DNA of 64,000 bases from Mustelus asterias (taxonomy: Eukaryota), in contig NC_135814.1 in assembly GCF_964213995.1 (NCBI RefSeq), positions 49,662,001 to 49,726,000 of the forward strand, given 5' to 3'. Position numbers and translations under genes: made by a program. Position 1 is the first letter of the stretch; every line of letters starts with the position of its first letter. Of the stretch, positions 36,203-48,356 are shown one piece after another. The notes under the pieces are model-generated. The model worked only from the letters and a program-made list of their open reading frames with translations, was not told the DNA's origin and searched no databases.

Positions 36203-36545
36203 ATTTTTGATTTGATTTATTATTGTCACATGTATTGGGATACAGTGAAAAGTATTGTTTCTTGCACGCAAAGCATACCGTTCATAGAGTACATGGGGGA
36301 GTAGGAAATGAGAAGATACAGAATGCAATGTTACAGTCATAGCTAGGGTGGAGAGAAAGATCAACTTAATATAAGGTGGGTCCATTCAAAAGTCTGATGG
36401 CAGAAGGGAAGAAGCTGTTCTTGATCGGCTGATACGTGATCTCAGCCTTTTGTATCTTTTTCCCGACGGAAGAAGGTGGAAGAGAGAATGTCCGGGGTGC
36501 GTGGGGGTCCCTGATTATGCTGGCTGCTTTTCCGAGGCAGCGGGA
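36203..36545 (-). mobile_element. Rex1/Babar LINE 3' end
   Basis: Minus strand encodes, with small indels, KAASIIRDP.HPGHSLFHLLPSGKRYK...KNSFFPSAIRLLNG, the Rex1-type ORF C-terminus. The 3' UTR ends TACATGTGACAATAATAAATCAAATCAAAA. Confidence 0.85.
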
Positions 36546-38576
36546 AAATTCATGCGTGCTGGACTAGGAGTGTACCGTAGTGAACTTCGCATAACACAAA
36601 ATGCATTTATGTGTAGAGAATCTTCTATTTAAAGTTAGCCTCAACGAGGTCCACTTTACACAGGATGTTTGCATGACATCGCATAGGAAGGATCTGTCCT
36701 TACAAGCATCATACATCTGAAGATATATTGGATAAGGAAGGAGCAATGCTCCACCTTAATAGCTACTGCATTTAGAGGCAGATGTGAAGATTACATTAAC
36801 AAGCCAGGAATCATGTTCAGGAAACAGAAACACACAACTCTGAAAAGGTAAAAAGTTTGTTCTTTCCTCCTTCCCCCAACCATGTAAGCCTCTTAGGAGA
36901 GCAGTGAATTGTCCATAACGTGAGATTACGCTCAACACCAAATTCATATTTTGCAAATATAATTAATACTTCATTTAAATTATAAACTTGCTGATAAATA
37001 TCTGCATACACAGACACATATCAAGCACGAAGTATTGTAGATATATTGCACTGAACCTTGAGAATCAACACTATGCTGGAGATAAGTTCAAGAAAGTGTA
37101 ACACTGTCAATTGCCTTTCAAAAAAAAATTAAAATGGGAAGAATTAAATTTGAGCGGAATAAATAACATGTTGCAATTTGGATGTTTGTACAGGGAGAAT
37201 TGGTTTAACCAGGGTTGTGTGAAGGTCACGATGCCAGAAAGTGACTGGAATTTTAATCCAGAGGAAATAAGGAAAAGCCATAAGCGAAGAGTTGATTTCT
37301 GCTGATAAATGGTTTGCTAATTTGCACTGTAAATAAGAAAGTACTTCCCTTTCTTCCATTGACTTTACAGCAAGAAGCCTGAGCTTACAAAGAAAGAAAG
37401 GGCATTTCAGCTGAAATTGATGTGCGGTATTTCCTGTAAGGGACATTCAGCTCTCTCTGAAACTGACTGTAAAATTGCCAAGCTCTGTACTCGATTCAGG
37501 ATAAACTTAAAATCCTTTGAGGAAATACAGAATGTAACTGGAAAAAAAAAAGACTTGTTGCATCCCGCAGCAAAAGGATCTGCTGACAGAAAAAACTCAT
37601 GGCAAGTGTACAAACTGTTTTTGTTGTCATGGCACCCCTTTTCCTGCCTTCCTAAATTTCTTACAACCTACATAAACTGATTATTCTCAGGAGGCTTTCA
37701 GGCCTCCACCCACCAGCAGCCTCGGCCAGTATGCGATAGTTTCCCCACACCCCCATGTTCCATTACTCAGAGTTCTCCAGAGCTATGTACAAAAACACAG
37801 TTAAGCTATTGTTTTATAAAATGCTAGAAGATGGCAATCCTCCTTTCCCCAGCTGTTAAAGGACCTTCTAGTCTTAAGCTGCCTGTTTACAGGGACCAGG
37901 CTTTGCATTTGAATACTGGTTTCGTTCCTAATTTCCTGTAAAACGGTTTGTGTTTCCTGCAGAGTGCGATTACTAAACATTCAAAAAGTATCTCCCTCCC
38001 ATCCCAGAGAAAAGGTAAAAAAAAAACTGATGAAATTAGATGATGATAAAACTTTGTACGTCAAGATAGGGACAGATCCTGTGAGACTCTCAGAAAATTA
38101 ATTTCAGAAGTAACAGACTACCGAGCAAACATTGCAGATAAATATTTTCTAATCCTATGCAGCTTAATGTTACCATTAACACCTCATGTTAAAAATTTAC
38201 GAATAAACTGTAATGTAAATGTTACAGACATTTAATTTTGTCACGAGTAAGAAAAGTTACTTTCAAAAATCATCTTGCATTCTTCAGGTACAATTTTTTG
38301 GAAATCTCAAAACACAAAACTGGAATTTTGTTTTCGCTTTGGGGACATTGTGTCTGAGACGCACGGCAAAATTGCGCTGGTCAGGTCTCCACTAAAGCTC
38401 ATTTCCATAATCACAAGTAGTTTCCTCTATCGACTATTGCAATCAGTGTAGCAGAACGGCAGTGTTTTATATTTTTCTTTCCAATTAAAAAGTATTTGAC
38501 ATACCTGAGAGTAGGAACTTTGTTCCAGTTAAGTAATACAACTCAGAACAGGCATATGAGCTGAGCCCTCCATCTG

Positions 38577-38881
38577 TATCATAGAATGCCTACAGTGCAG
38601 GAGGAGGCCATTCGGCCCATCGGACCTGCACCTACAACAACCCCACCCAGGCCCTATCCCCGCAACCTCTCATATTTACCCGGACATTAAAGGAGCAATT
38701 TACCATGGCCAATTAAACTAACCCGCACATCTTTGGACTGAGAGGAAACCGAAGCACCCGGAGGAAACCCACGCAGACACGGGGAGAACATGCAGACTCC
38801 ACACAGACAGTCACCGCCCAAGGACAGAATTGAACCTGGGTCCCTGGAGCTGTGAGGCAGCAGTGCTAACCACTGTGCCGC
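38577..38881 (-). mobile_element. HE1-like V-SINE, CR1-type tail
   Basis: Reverse complement of head, V-domain and tail. Confidence 0.93.
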
Positions 38882-39899
38882 TTTATACGAGTAACCTCAT
38901 TTGAAGTAACTGAAAACAGTTTTAAAATATTACACTAAGCCATTTAATCATTTAATTGGTGGAGACTAATCAGTTTCTTAGAAATCAATTTCAGTATGCA
39001 AATCTTTTAAAATGTGCATACGGAGTACAAACTGAAGAGTTTTCCCAAACCGGCAGAATTGGCGGAATCTTGCAATTTCACCTTGGGGTTGTGGTTGTTC
39101 CGCTGGGCACAGCCTGACTTGGGCAGATTGAATCTCAAGCGGCCAGTATAGAAAAAAAGAATGTGGAAAACAAACGCAACCAGTTTTGAGCACAACTTCG
39201 CTTGCATTCCTCGAACTACGGATGCCGAAACTCACAGAAACACTACCCCAGCATACCCAAAACACTTGAAGGCAACAAAAGGATACATTGTGCTAGTTTG
39301 ATCATCTCAAACCAGAAAAATCCAGATGATAAATCAATTTTTTATGAGTTAAACGAGCTACAGAGGAGCTATTTTATGTCATGAGAATGTCATTAAAATG
39401 CAAGTTCAAAGGCTTTAATCCAGAAGGCTTGTTAAAAATAGAGTATGTTATGCATTTCTTTTCAATCAACAAAGGAATTGTTAATGACGAGGAAAGATTT
39501 CTCTTTGGCACTCCAGTTTAGTGAATAGAAATGTCGCAAGCCTGGTACCTGCAATTTCCTGGTACTTTCTGGTGTACATGGATTAGTGCGATGATGCAAT
39601 GCCTTAGTGATAGCTGCTGCAACATACAAAACTTGTACCCAACTTCAATAACGTTTCCCTCATTGGTTAGTGGAAGTGTATCCCCCCACTTACCTTTCAA
39701 TAATAATTGAAAGATGTCACCCAAGCAAAGTCAACAATTCATTTGCTTTTATTGGTCTGGGCTCGCAGCCAAGCCTTGCCATGTGTGGTTATAATAAGCT
39801 GTTCTTTCTGCGATCTCTTTATTCAATGTCTCAATGTTTATGTGGATAATAGGATAAGATGTGACAGGTTTGAAGACTCTGTTGGATTTATACTTGTAT

Positions 39900-40690
39900 C
39901 GGTTTGTAGAGCAACATAATTCCTCCCCCCTCCCCAACAGACTGTGAATGGGTGTTTTTTGTTTCAACAGTTCTACACATGCCATTGTTATCATTAGGAG
40001 TGCATATTGGGTGAATGAGCATTGAAGGGGCACGGGTTGGCATTGAGCAGGCATGGACATTATGAAAGGCCATAGGGATGGTTGCGGGTGTATGAGTTTG
40101 CATGGAAGGTATAAGGGGCCATGGGGGTGGGTGAGGGGTGAGAACTAGCACGGTGGCACAGTGGTTAGCACTGCTGCCTCACAGCGCCAGGGACCCGGGT
40201 TTGATTCCTGGCTTGGGTCACTGTCTGTGTGGAGTTTGCACGTTCTCCCCGTGTCTGCGTGGGTTTCCTCCAGGTGCTCCGGTTTCCTCCCACAGTCCAA
40301 AGATGTGCTGGTTAGGTGCATTGACCCGAACAGGCGCCAGAGTATGGCGACTAGGGGAATTTCATAGTAACTTCATTGCATTGTTAATGTAAGCCTTACT
40401 TGTAACTAATAAATAAACTTTACTTTAGAGGACCCAAAATCCTTTTGAACAACTACGGTGAGGTCCGAGAGGACCAAGGCAGGCTTTATAACCAGTCTGC
40501 AGCAGTGCACCCCCAGCCTGTGGCCACCAATGGTCTTCTTCTGGGGTTGGTGATCCTGACTCGATTGCCTACACACCACCATGTACAACCAAAAATTGTT
40601 GTGCACTGAGGAACTTTCTACAGAGGCAAATCCAGCAAGACGGGTAATTTGCCAAAACCAGCTACTCGTTCTGGTAGCCGAAATCCAGCC
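39900..40690. mobile_element. Degraded GGCATG-rich element interrupted by a V-SINE
   Basis: Same purine-rich array as 29200-29530. Resumes after the SINE and ends GAAATCCAGCCC. Confidence 0.45.
40146..40425 (+). mobile_element. V-SINE with alternative tail
   Basis: Head, V-domain and ...TAATGTAAGCCTTACTTGTAACTAATAAATAAACTTT. Confidence 0.92.
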
Positions 40691-40714
40691 CACTGGGTTA
40701 ATCCCACTCACCGA

Positions 40715-41345
40715 TCCTTCCCCCATATTTGTCACCTTCAAGTATTTATCCAATTGTCTTTTTAAAGTTGTTATTAAATCTGCTTCCACAACTCTGATGC
40801 AGTGGATCAGATCAACTCGCTGCAAAAATTACTTCTTTCCCTCCATGTCGCCGCTGGCCCTTTTCCCATTTGATTGAAATCAGTGTCCTCTGGTAATGGC
40901 CCTCCTACTACTCAAATCAAAACCCTTGATAATTCTGAATACCTCTGTTAAATCTCCTCTCAATCGTCTCTGTTTGAAGGAGGATAGACCGAGTTTCTCC
41001 ACGTGACTGAAGTCTTTCAGCCCTCGCAACATTTTATAAATATCGTTGGCACACTCTCCATGGCCTTCACATCCTTCTTAAAGTGTAGCGCCCAGAAGTT
41101 GAGTCTGATCATTGTTTTAAAAAAGATTTCGCTTTTTTTTTGCTTCTGTTCTTCCTCTATTTGGAATGTCAAAGATCAAGTTTGCTTTTTTAAACTTCTC
41201 AACTTGTCATACCAAATTTAGCGATTTCAGGTCTCACCATGACTGTACCCACCCCCCCACTTTAAAACTGTACCATTTTGTTTACATTCTCTCCCCTCAT
41301 TATTCTGACCAAAATGCATCACTTCTATTTCTCAACATTAAATTT
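40715..41345 (-). mobile_element. Old CR1 fragment
   Basis: RVVEADLITTLKRQLDKYL in ORF 40406-40825, plus CTCTCCATGGCCTTCACATCCTTCTTAAAGTGTAGCGCCCAGAA (the WAPH..KD region). Confidence 0.7.
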
Positions 41346-41712
41346 TGGGCAGAATTTTCCAAAAATGTGGCAAAGTGTCAGGTTCTAGCTGAAAACCGGT
41401 GGGTTTCGCGGTGGCATGGAGTGACATCACTGGGAAATGCTATTGACAGCAGCAGGACCAGAGAATCCCACCACCAGCCAACAGCGCACCACCTCCCGCC
41501 ACCGAGTAACATGTGGCTGGTATACTCGGTCCTACATTGTGGTTACTGTTATGGGGGCTTATTACACCACTCCGACTTCTTTCTCACATCTACCCAAACC
41601 GATTCTACATCCTGATGGACCATGGTCATCTCTAACTATTTATTGCACAAATGCCATTCTTAATTAACCGCATGAGTTTCAATTTTGCAGATAAGTCTAT
41701 TATGTGGCACTT

Positions 41713-42018
41713 GGGCAGCACAGTGGCACAGTCGTTAGCACTGCTGCCTCACAGCGCCAGCGACCCGGGTTCGATTCCCGGCTTGAGTGACTGTCTGTGT
41801 GGAGCTTGCACATTCTTCCCGTGTCTGCGTGGGTTTCCTCCGGGTACTCTGGTTTCCTCCCACAGTCTGAAAGACGTGCTGGTTAGGTGCATTGGCCATG
41901 TTAAATGCTCCCTTAGTGTACCCGAACAGGTGCTGGAGTGTTGCAACTCGGGGATTTTCACAGTAACTTCGTTGCAGTGTTAATATAAGGCCACTTGTGA
42001 CACTATTAAATCAACTTA
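41713..42018 (+). mobile_element. V-SINE with alternative tail
   Basis: Head, V-domain and GGGATTTTCACAGTAACTTCGTTGCAGTGTTAAT...CTTGTGACACTATTAAA. Confidence 0.92.
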
Positions 42019-42522
42019 AAAATGAAAGTCTGCACATATATAGTTTATATAAAAATGTATTTTATACACACACTCATACCAACCACAGTATCCTCCTCAG
42101 TCCTCCCCGTTACTTGAAAGAGCTCATTCAAATTAGTCAGATGGGATTTACCTTTTACAAATCTGATTTTCCGTTTTCAAATCCATGAATCAATGCTGGC
42201 TTTCATGTATGAACCTATATTTTTCTAACTACCAAATAATTTTGTTTTGGATTATTGTCTCCTTAAGTTTCTGAAGAGCCATATGGACTCGAAATATTGG
42301 ATAGAATCATCTCAAACATTGTCAGAATTTCAGTTTCAGACAGAGAACTGCCATGTAGCTCTCCAGTGGCATAACTGAGTCTTCTCTCCAGATTCTCTGA
42401 CACTCTGTGCACAGAGAATCTGGGTCATGGTTTATGCCATCAATCTGGTGGGGCGGGGACTGATAAAGCCAGCAGCACCGGCTCCAGAGATTGGGGCATC
42501 TTCCTTAAAGGGTGCCCCAATT

Positions 42523-42660
42523 TACATAGAATCATAGAATCTTACAGTGCAGAAGACGGCCATTCGGCCCATCGAGTCTGCACTGACCGACAACAATCCC
42601 ACCCAGGTCCTATCCCCATAACTCCATGCATTTACCCTAGCTAGCCGCCCTAACCTATCC
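42523..42660 (-). mobile_element. HE1 SINE 3' fragment
   Basis: CATAGAATCATAGAATC tail and GGCCATTCGGCCCATCGAGTCTGCAC. Confidence 0.88.
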
Positions 42661-42880
42661 CGCCACAGACCCGGAGGAACCCCCTCCCCATAAGCATCGG
42701 GCACCTTCCCTGCACCCTCTCCCACCCCCCTACCACACAGACATTCTCCAAACCCCCCTTCCCACAGGCATCCTCCCACCACCACAGGCACAGGGCACTC
42801 CCCTACTCCCACCACAAGCATCAGGCACCACCCTCGGCACTCTCTCCCACCCCCACCGCACAGACATTAGGGCATTGCAC
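42660..42880 (+). repeat. C-rich degenerate minisatellite
   Basis: Recurring GGCAC(C/T)...CCCACCCCC...ACAG(A/G)CAT units. Confidence 0.6.
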
Positions 42881-42884
42881 AACC

Positions 42885-43900
42885 CTCCTCAGCATCCACA
42901 GTACTTTGCTTTTACCCTCAAGTAATTATTCCTTTCACTATCTTTGATCAACACTGCAACCCCAAACCCCACATTTTTCTCCTTCCCCATCTTGCCTGAA
43001 TACTTTGCAACCAGGAATATTAAATGCCCATTTGTCCCCTTGTTTAAGCCAGATCTCCATTATTGCCACATTACAGTGCCACGTGGCTACTTGTGCCTCA
43101 AGCTCACCACCCTTATTTACCATGCTCCATAGAATCCTTACAGTGCAGGAGGTGGTCATTCGGCCCATTGAGTCAGAACAACTCTCCGACAGAGCATCTT
43201 ACGCAGGACCACCCTCCACCCTATAATCGTAACCCCACACATTTACCCCACTAATCCCCTAACCTATACATCTTGGGACACTAAGGGGCAATTTAGCATG
43301 GCCAATTCACCTAGCTTGCACATCTTTGGATGCTCCAGATATTTATGCACACATACTCCAAAAACATTTTAATCTACTTTGCATTTCCAACCTCCAGTCT
43401 GCCCCTCATCTGAGCCCTCCTATTCCTGAAATACTCTTTATTCTAATGTGGCGTCTCTCCTCTCTGATACTTCCCCTGATGACCCTCCCTCTGCCAAAAT
43501 AGGTTAAACCCTACCCTGGAACCACCCTGAAATGGCACTGGTCCCAATCCTGCTGGGATGCAACCTGGCCATGTTGCACAGTTCCCTCTTGGTCCAGAAT
43601 TCATCCCAAAAATCCAGGAATCTGAAACCCTCCCTCCTATAGCATTCCTCCAGCCATGCATTCAATAAATTGCTCTAAAATAACTAGCTTGTAGCACAGG
43701 AAGTAATTCAGAGATTACTACCTTTAAATACCTGCTCATTACAGTCCTCCCACAGCCTGTAGGATATCAACCCATTTCCTACCAATGTCACTGGTTCCAA
43801 TATGGGTCACCACACCCCTGCCCCCACAGAATGTTCTGCACCCGTTTCATGGTGATGTTTACTTTGGCAAGTAATACATCGCATGTAATTCACTTTTTGC
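42885..43900 (-). mobile_element. Degraded CR1 5' region (ORF1 esterase-like part and endonuclease start) with a nested HE1 fragment at 43127-43330
   Basis: NKGGELEAQVATW..NVAIMEIWLKQGDKWAFNIPGCKVFRQD matches the APE N-terminus. 43530-43660 resembles the W.RREG..FL...W...L...GLH..GT region of CR1 ORF1. Confidence 0.7.
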
Positions 43901-44229
43901 CCATCTATCTTCCTGACTACCACACAGGACTAGATTGTCATCATAATAACACCAAAAGTTCCCAGGACTTTGAAGAAAATGATAGCTTTTTCTTTAAATG
44001 GAAAAGTATACGTGGTTGCTCCTCTGTCTGATTAGCTGAAGCAAAAGGTTATATTTATCTCAACAAGTCACTCTGTTAGTTGTCAACAAATCTACTGCAC
44101 TACTATTCTTTCCAAAGGCACAGAAAAATGTTTTGCCTAAATATAAAACCTCAGCACTGAATTAAATACTATCACGTTACCTTGTGAGTAGTTGTTTTCT
44201 TTTCAGGTTTCCAGAGTAATAAGACATTA

Positions 44230-44363
44230 GTCCGAATACTCCAGCTGTTCACGCCCCGCCGCCGCTGCCAGAGGACGGACAATTTGGCACTCAGCCCAAT
44301 CTCCATTCAATGCAGTGACACAGGAGAATCCTGCTGGCGTGAATGGTTGGAGAATCCCGCCCA
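44230..44363. mobile_element. Short Harbinger-type MITE
   Basis: Ends GGAGAATCCCGCCC. It is an inverted relative of 48045-48173. Confidence 0.55.
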
Positions 44364-44437
44364 TTATTTCCATGTTGCAGATGTTTCATATCTTCCGTTG
44401 TGTTGAGGTTATAGTACATCTGTGCTATTTCACTAGG

Positions 44438-44775
44438 GTTTAAGTTGAAGTTTATTTATTAGTGTCACAAGTAGGCTTACATTAACACTGCAACGAAGTT
44501 ACTGTGAAAATCTCCTACCTAGTTGCCACAGTCCGGCGCCTGTTTGGGTGTACTGAGGGAGAATTTAGCATGGCTGATGGACCTAACTAGCATGTCTTTC
44601 AGTCTGTGGGAGGAAACGGGAGAACCCAGAGGAAACCCACACAGACACAGGGAGAACATGCAGTCTCCGCACAGACAGTCACCCAGGTCAGGAATCGAAC
44701 CCGGGCCCTTGGCACCATGAGGCAGCAGTGCTGTGTCTCTCTTCTCTGATACTTCCCCTGGTGACCACCGTGCTG
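44438..44775 (-). mobile_element. V-SINE with alternative tail and a 32-bp foreign patch in the head
   Basis: TTTATTTATTAGTGTCACAAGTAGGCTTACATTAACAC... through the V-domain. The head is disrupted at 44733-44766. Confidence 0.9.
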
Positions 44776-46551
44776 CTCATAGGGATTCCAAGAAAATGTT
44801 TTTGCTGTAAATCTTGGACTCTTCCTAGTCCCATAAGAATACAGGAGTACCTATGGTCTCCGATGCCCCAGACTCCAACTCACAACTTGTTGACATTTTG
44901 CCACCATCACTTTAGCACCCCCTCCCAATCCATTCTTTCCTTGCTGGCGATGGTTTCTGCCACAGCATCTTGCTCCCAACAATTGGGTAACTTGGTTTTC
45001 ATTGGCTTCAAGCAGGACCAAGTTTAGGAGCGTGCGAGGAGTTCAGATCATTGCCTGCTTCAGTCCCCATGCCCCAGATTCATGCTTCCCATGAAACCTG
45101 CCCCTATAATGTATGTGCCGGAAGCCCTTATGCTGGGATGCGAGACATCCTTCGCCTGAAGTGAATGCAAGCTTATGCTATCTGCATGCATGACTTTTGA
45201 CTGGAAGAGGTCTGAGGATCAGGAGTTGAAGGGAAGGTCCCATTGGAAGACAAAGAGCAGGTAGGTTGAATGGAATAATGCAAGATTTTTTTTAAAAAGA
45301 GATCCGAGTTAGGGGTAACAGGTCAAAGGGCTGCAAGAGTTTCAAGTTGAATGTCAACTGCGTGAGGTCCAGAAGACTGAATCTGTGTTATTTAGTGAGT
45401 GACAACGCAACTGCAGGTGCTGCATTAGGGGATGCTCACTGGGACAGTCAAAATAGTTCAGGTGGAAGCAAAATGCTATCAGTGGCCAGGGAACATCTGT
45501 GATACAGCAGTGCAATCGGATGAAAGGCAAGTACTTCACCCAGATGGTGTCAGTCAGTTACGTTGCTTTAATTGAAATCACATTTCAATAGAATGTTTGG
45601 TTCACCCTGTAATAATCATATGATGTTTTTCTCATTCTTAACACTTAAGTAGGACCAAGCTGTTACTATGACAGCTATGCTTATATCACTGCTGCCAAAC
45701 TTTAAAGAACTCGCCTGATAGAACGCTCGGTTCAACATACAATCATTTTGCACAGACCTCGTCTCTGTCCTCTTGTGATACAGCACTCCCGGAAAGTAAA
45801 GCTATGCAACAGGCACACAGATATATTGAAGATTTAACCAATACAACAAATTTCCATCACTCAAAGATATAAAAATCTCTTGTTTAGATCAGAGGCCGTG
45901 GACAAAGTTAGTCTGAAGACTCGTCTAGTGACAGAAGCACTGATCAATGCATCTTGTTTTCCTGTGGAACTTTTGAACAAGGCTACTCTGCTAAAGCTGA
46001 GGCACAGGCACATGAAGATCTGAAAAAGGGTCTTATTCTACAAGCTGCCAATTGCAGAGTGTCACTGCTACTAGGCACTCGCGTTATTAATCTGCCGGGA
46101 TGCTCTAATCCTTTCATTTTTCCAAATGGAGCAGGTGCCCTTGCAGCCTAGCTAGGGATTAACAACGATCAGCCACGGAGCTCCAAGCTGACAGGTGTCA
46201 TTTGGCTGAAGATTCACGCACAAAAACTTGCAGTTTAGAAATTGATTTATTTTTATCCAGTGCCAGCAAGAAAAAACTCTAAAAATTGTATATATTGCAA
46301 TTGAGCCAAGGTGTAAAGCATTTGATAAAATTACCCTGTAGATTCATTATTAATGCTATTTCATGTTATTATAAATAAATCACTAGTAAGCCCTGATTTT
46401 TTGCAAACAGATTTCTTGTCTATTTAAGACGAAATTAGTCCTCACATGAATAAACACATGATAATTGCTCACTCTGTAACAATTACAATCTTATTCAAAC
46501 AATCTCTTGAAGATGTAAAAGAACGCTAACTTACGATGAAAGTTTGTGGTA

Positions 46552-46750
46552 CAAATGTTTCCTCTAACCTTATTGGGCGGCATGAACAATTTTGAAGTTT
46601 ATTTAGATGGATGCAGTATCACGTACGCATGTGCTTAATGAGGTCGACGCCATTAGATAAACTGAAGAATCTGCTGAAAAGCTATCTGTATAGCTGCCAA
46701 GATTTCCTCAGTGATCCTACAAGAGTACGTACGCATTAGTGGGAACTGTA
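46552..46750. mobile_element. Possible old hAT-type MITE
   Basis: Ends CAAATGTTTCCTCTAA and TTAGTGGGAACTGT resemble CAGTGTTCCCTCTAA-type TIRs. No TSD verified. Confidence 0.3.
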
Positions 46751-46962
46751 TATTTAATAATACATTTGCCAGCATGATGATCACAGAGTGAACTTGCTAA
46801 ACATCACTGCGATAATCCTTTAAGCGGCAGCTGGGGTGATAGAAGGGTAATCAGAAGGATATGGTTCAGATTGCATTCTGCCCCTTGAATAGTCATTCGT
46901 CTGTCAGCAAAAGGTAATTCATGAAAACAATTCATTATCACTAAATTACTGATGGATACAGA

Positions 46963-47267
46963 TGGGGCGGCATGGTTGCATCGTGGTTAGCACGACTGCC
47001 TCTCAGTGCCAGGGACTCAGGTTCGATTCCCAGCTTGGGTTACTGTCTGTGTGGAGTTTGCATGTTCTCCCTGTGTCTGCGTGGGTTTCCTCCGGGTGCT
47101 CCGGTTTCCTCCCACAGTCCAAAGATGTGCAGGTTAGGTACATTGGCCACGCTAAATTCTCCCTCAGTGTAACCAACGGGTGCCGGAGTGTGGCAACTAG
47201 GGGATTTTCACAGTAACTTCATTGCAGTGTGAATGTAAGCCTACATGTGACTAATAAATAAAACTTA
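46963..47267 (+). mobile_element. V-SINE with alternative tail
   Basis: Ends ...AATGTAAGCCTACATGTGACTAATAAATAAAACTT. Confidence 0.93.
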
Positions 47268-47316
47268 TTATGGCAGTCCATAAAACCTTTCAAACTAACT
47301 ATTCTATCAGCCGATA

Positions 47317-47668
47317 TAGAATCACAGAATCATAGAAACCCTACAGTGCAGAAAGAGGCCATTTGGCCCATCGGGTCTGCACCGACCACAACCCCACCCA
47401 GGCCCTACCCCCATATCCCTACATATTTACCCGTTAATCCCTCTGACCTACGCTTCTCAGGGCACTAAGGGGCAATTTTAGCATGGCCAATCAACCTAAC
47501 CCGCACATCTTTGGACTGTGGGAGGAAACCGGAGCACCCGGAGGAAACCCACGCAGACACGAGGAGAATGTGCAAACTCCACACAGACAGTGACCTAAGC
47601 TGGGAATCGAACCCAGGTCCCTGGAGCTGTGAAGCAGTAGTGCTAACCACTGTGTTACCGTGCCGCCC
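47317..47668 (-). mobile_element. HE1-like V-SINE, CR1-type tail (same subfamily as 8846-9303)
   Basis: Shares the diagnostic CTTCACAGCTCCAGGG and CTCCTCGTG with 8846-9303. Has a (TCTATGAT)-type tail. Confidence 0.95.
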
Positions 47669-48044
47669 TATATGGTTAGGACTGTGGAGTCACAGGGTCA
47701 TTACAGCACTGGAGGAGGCCATTCAGCCCATTAGCCTGGAAATCCTTCCATTACTTCTCAATATTTGCCCTGGGACTTGTGTGAAGACGCAAAAATAACT
47801 CGGGGTCTCTAGCAAAATGAGCTGTGAGAAACTCCCTGATCATGTCTAAGAACTAACGTTGATAATCAGGGACTCGGATGAAGCAGATGCAATCCACCTG
47901 TCAGTTGATACTCCAGCTTAAAATTAGGGCCAGGAATAATTTTCCATGTCATTAGTACTTAGGTGCTAGGTCATGAAATAAACTAATTCCTTCTTCAAAC
48001 AAATTTCCCATGGGTTCGGGATCCCAACACCTGGAATAAATAGT

Positions 48045-48173
48045 GGGCTGGATTCTCCCACCTGGCCCGCAGCTGGGATTCTCCGGTCCCACTGCAGTGA
48101 ACTGGCTGGGCGCCAAATTCTCCATTCTTGCTGCCAGAAACGGCAGGGCCTGAGGGGCCGGAGAATCCGGCCC
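48045..48173. mobile_element. ~129-bp MITE, Harbinger/Tourist-type TIRs
   Basis: GGGCTGGATTCTCC...GGAGAATCCGGCCC (13/14 inverted match). Confidence 0.8.
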
Positions 48174-48224
48174 AGCGTCTCGAGCCCAGACTGGAGCCAG
48201 ACCAGGGGATGCATTTTCCCAATA

Positions 48225-48356
48225 TGACCAAGAATCATCCAGACTCTAAATGTTGGCTCTATTCTCTGTCCACAGATGCTGCCAGACCTGCTGAGATTTT
48301 CCAGCATTTTTTGTTTTTTTTCAGATGATTTCAACACCCGCAGTATTTTGCCTTTA
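48225..48356 (+). mobile_element. Terminal fragment of another retroelement family (probably Penelope-like, degenerate hammerhead region)
   Basis: AAGAATCATCCAGACTCTAAATGTT...TCCACAGATGCTGCCAGACCTGCTGAG...CCAGCATTTT, a common chondrichthyan repeat end as I recall it. A more degraded CTGAAGAGCCATATGGACTCGAAA occurs at 42271. Confidence 0.5.
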
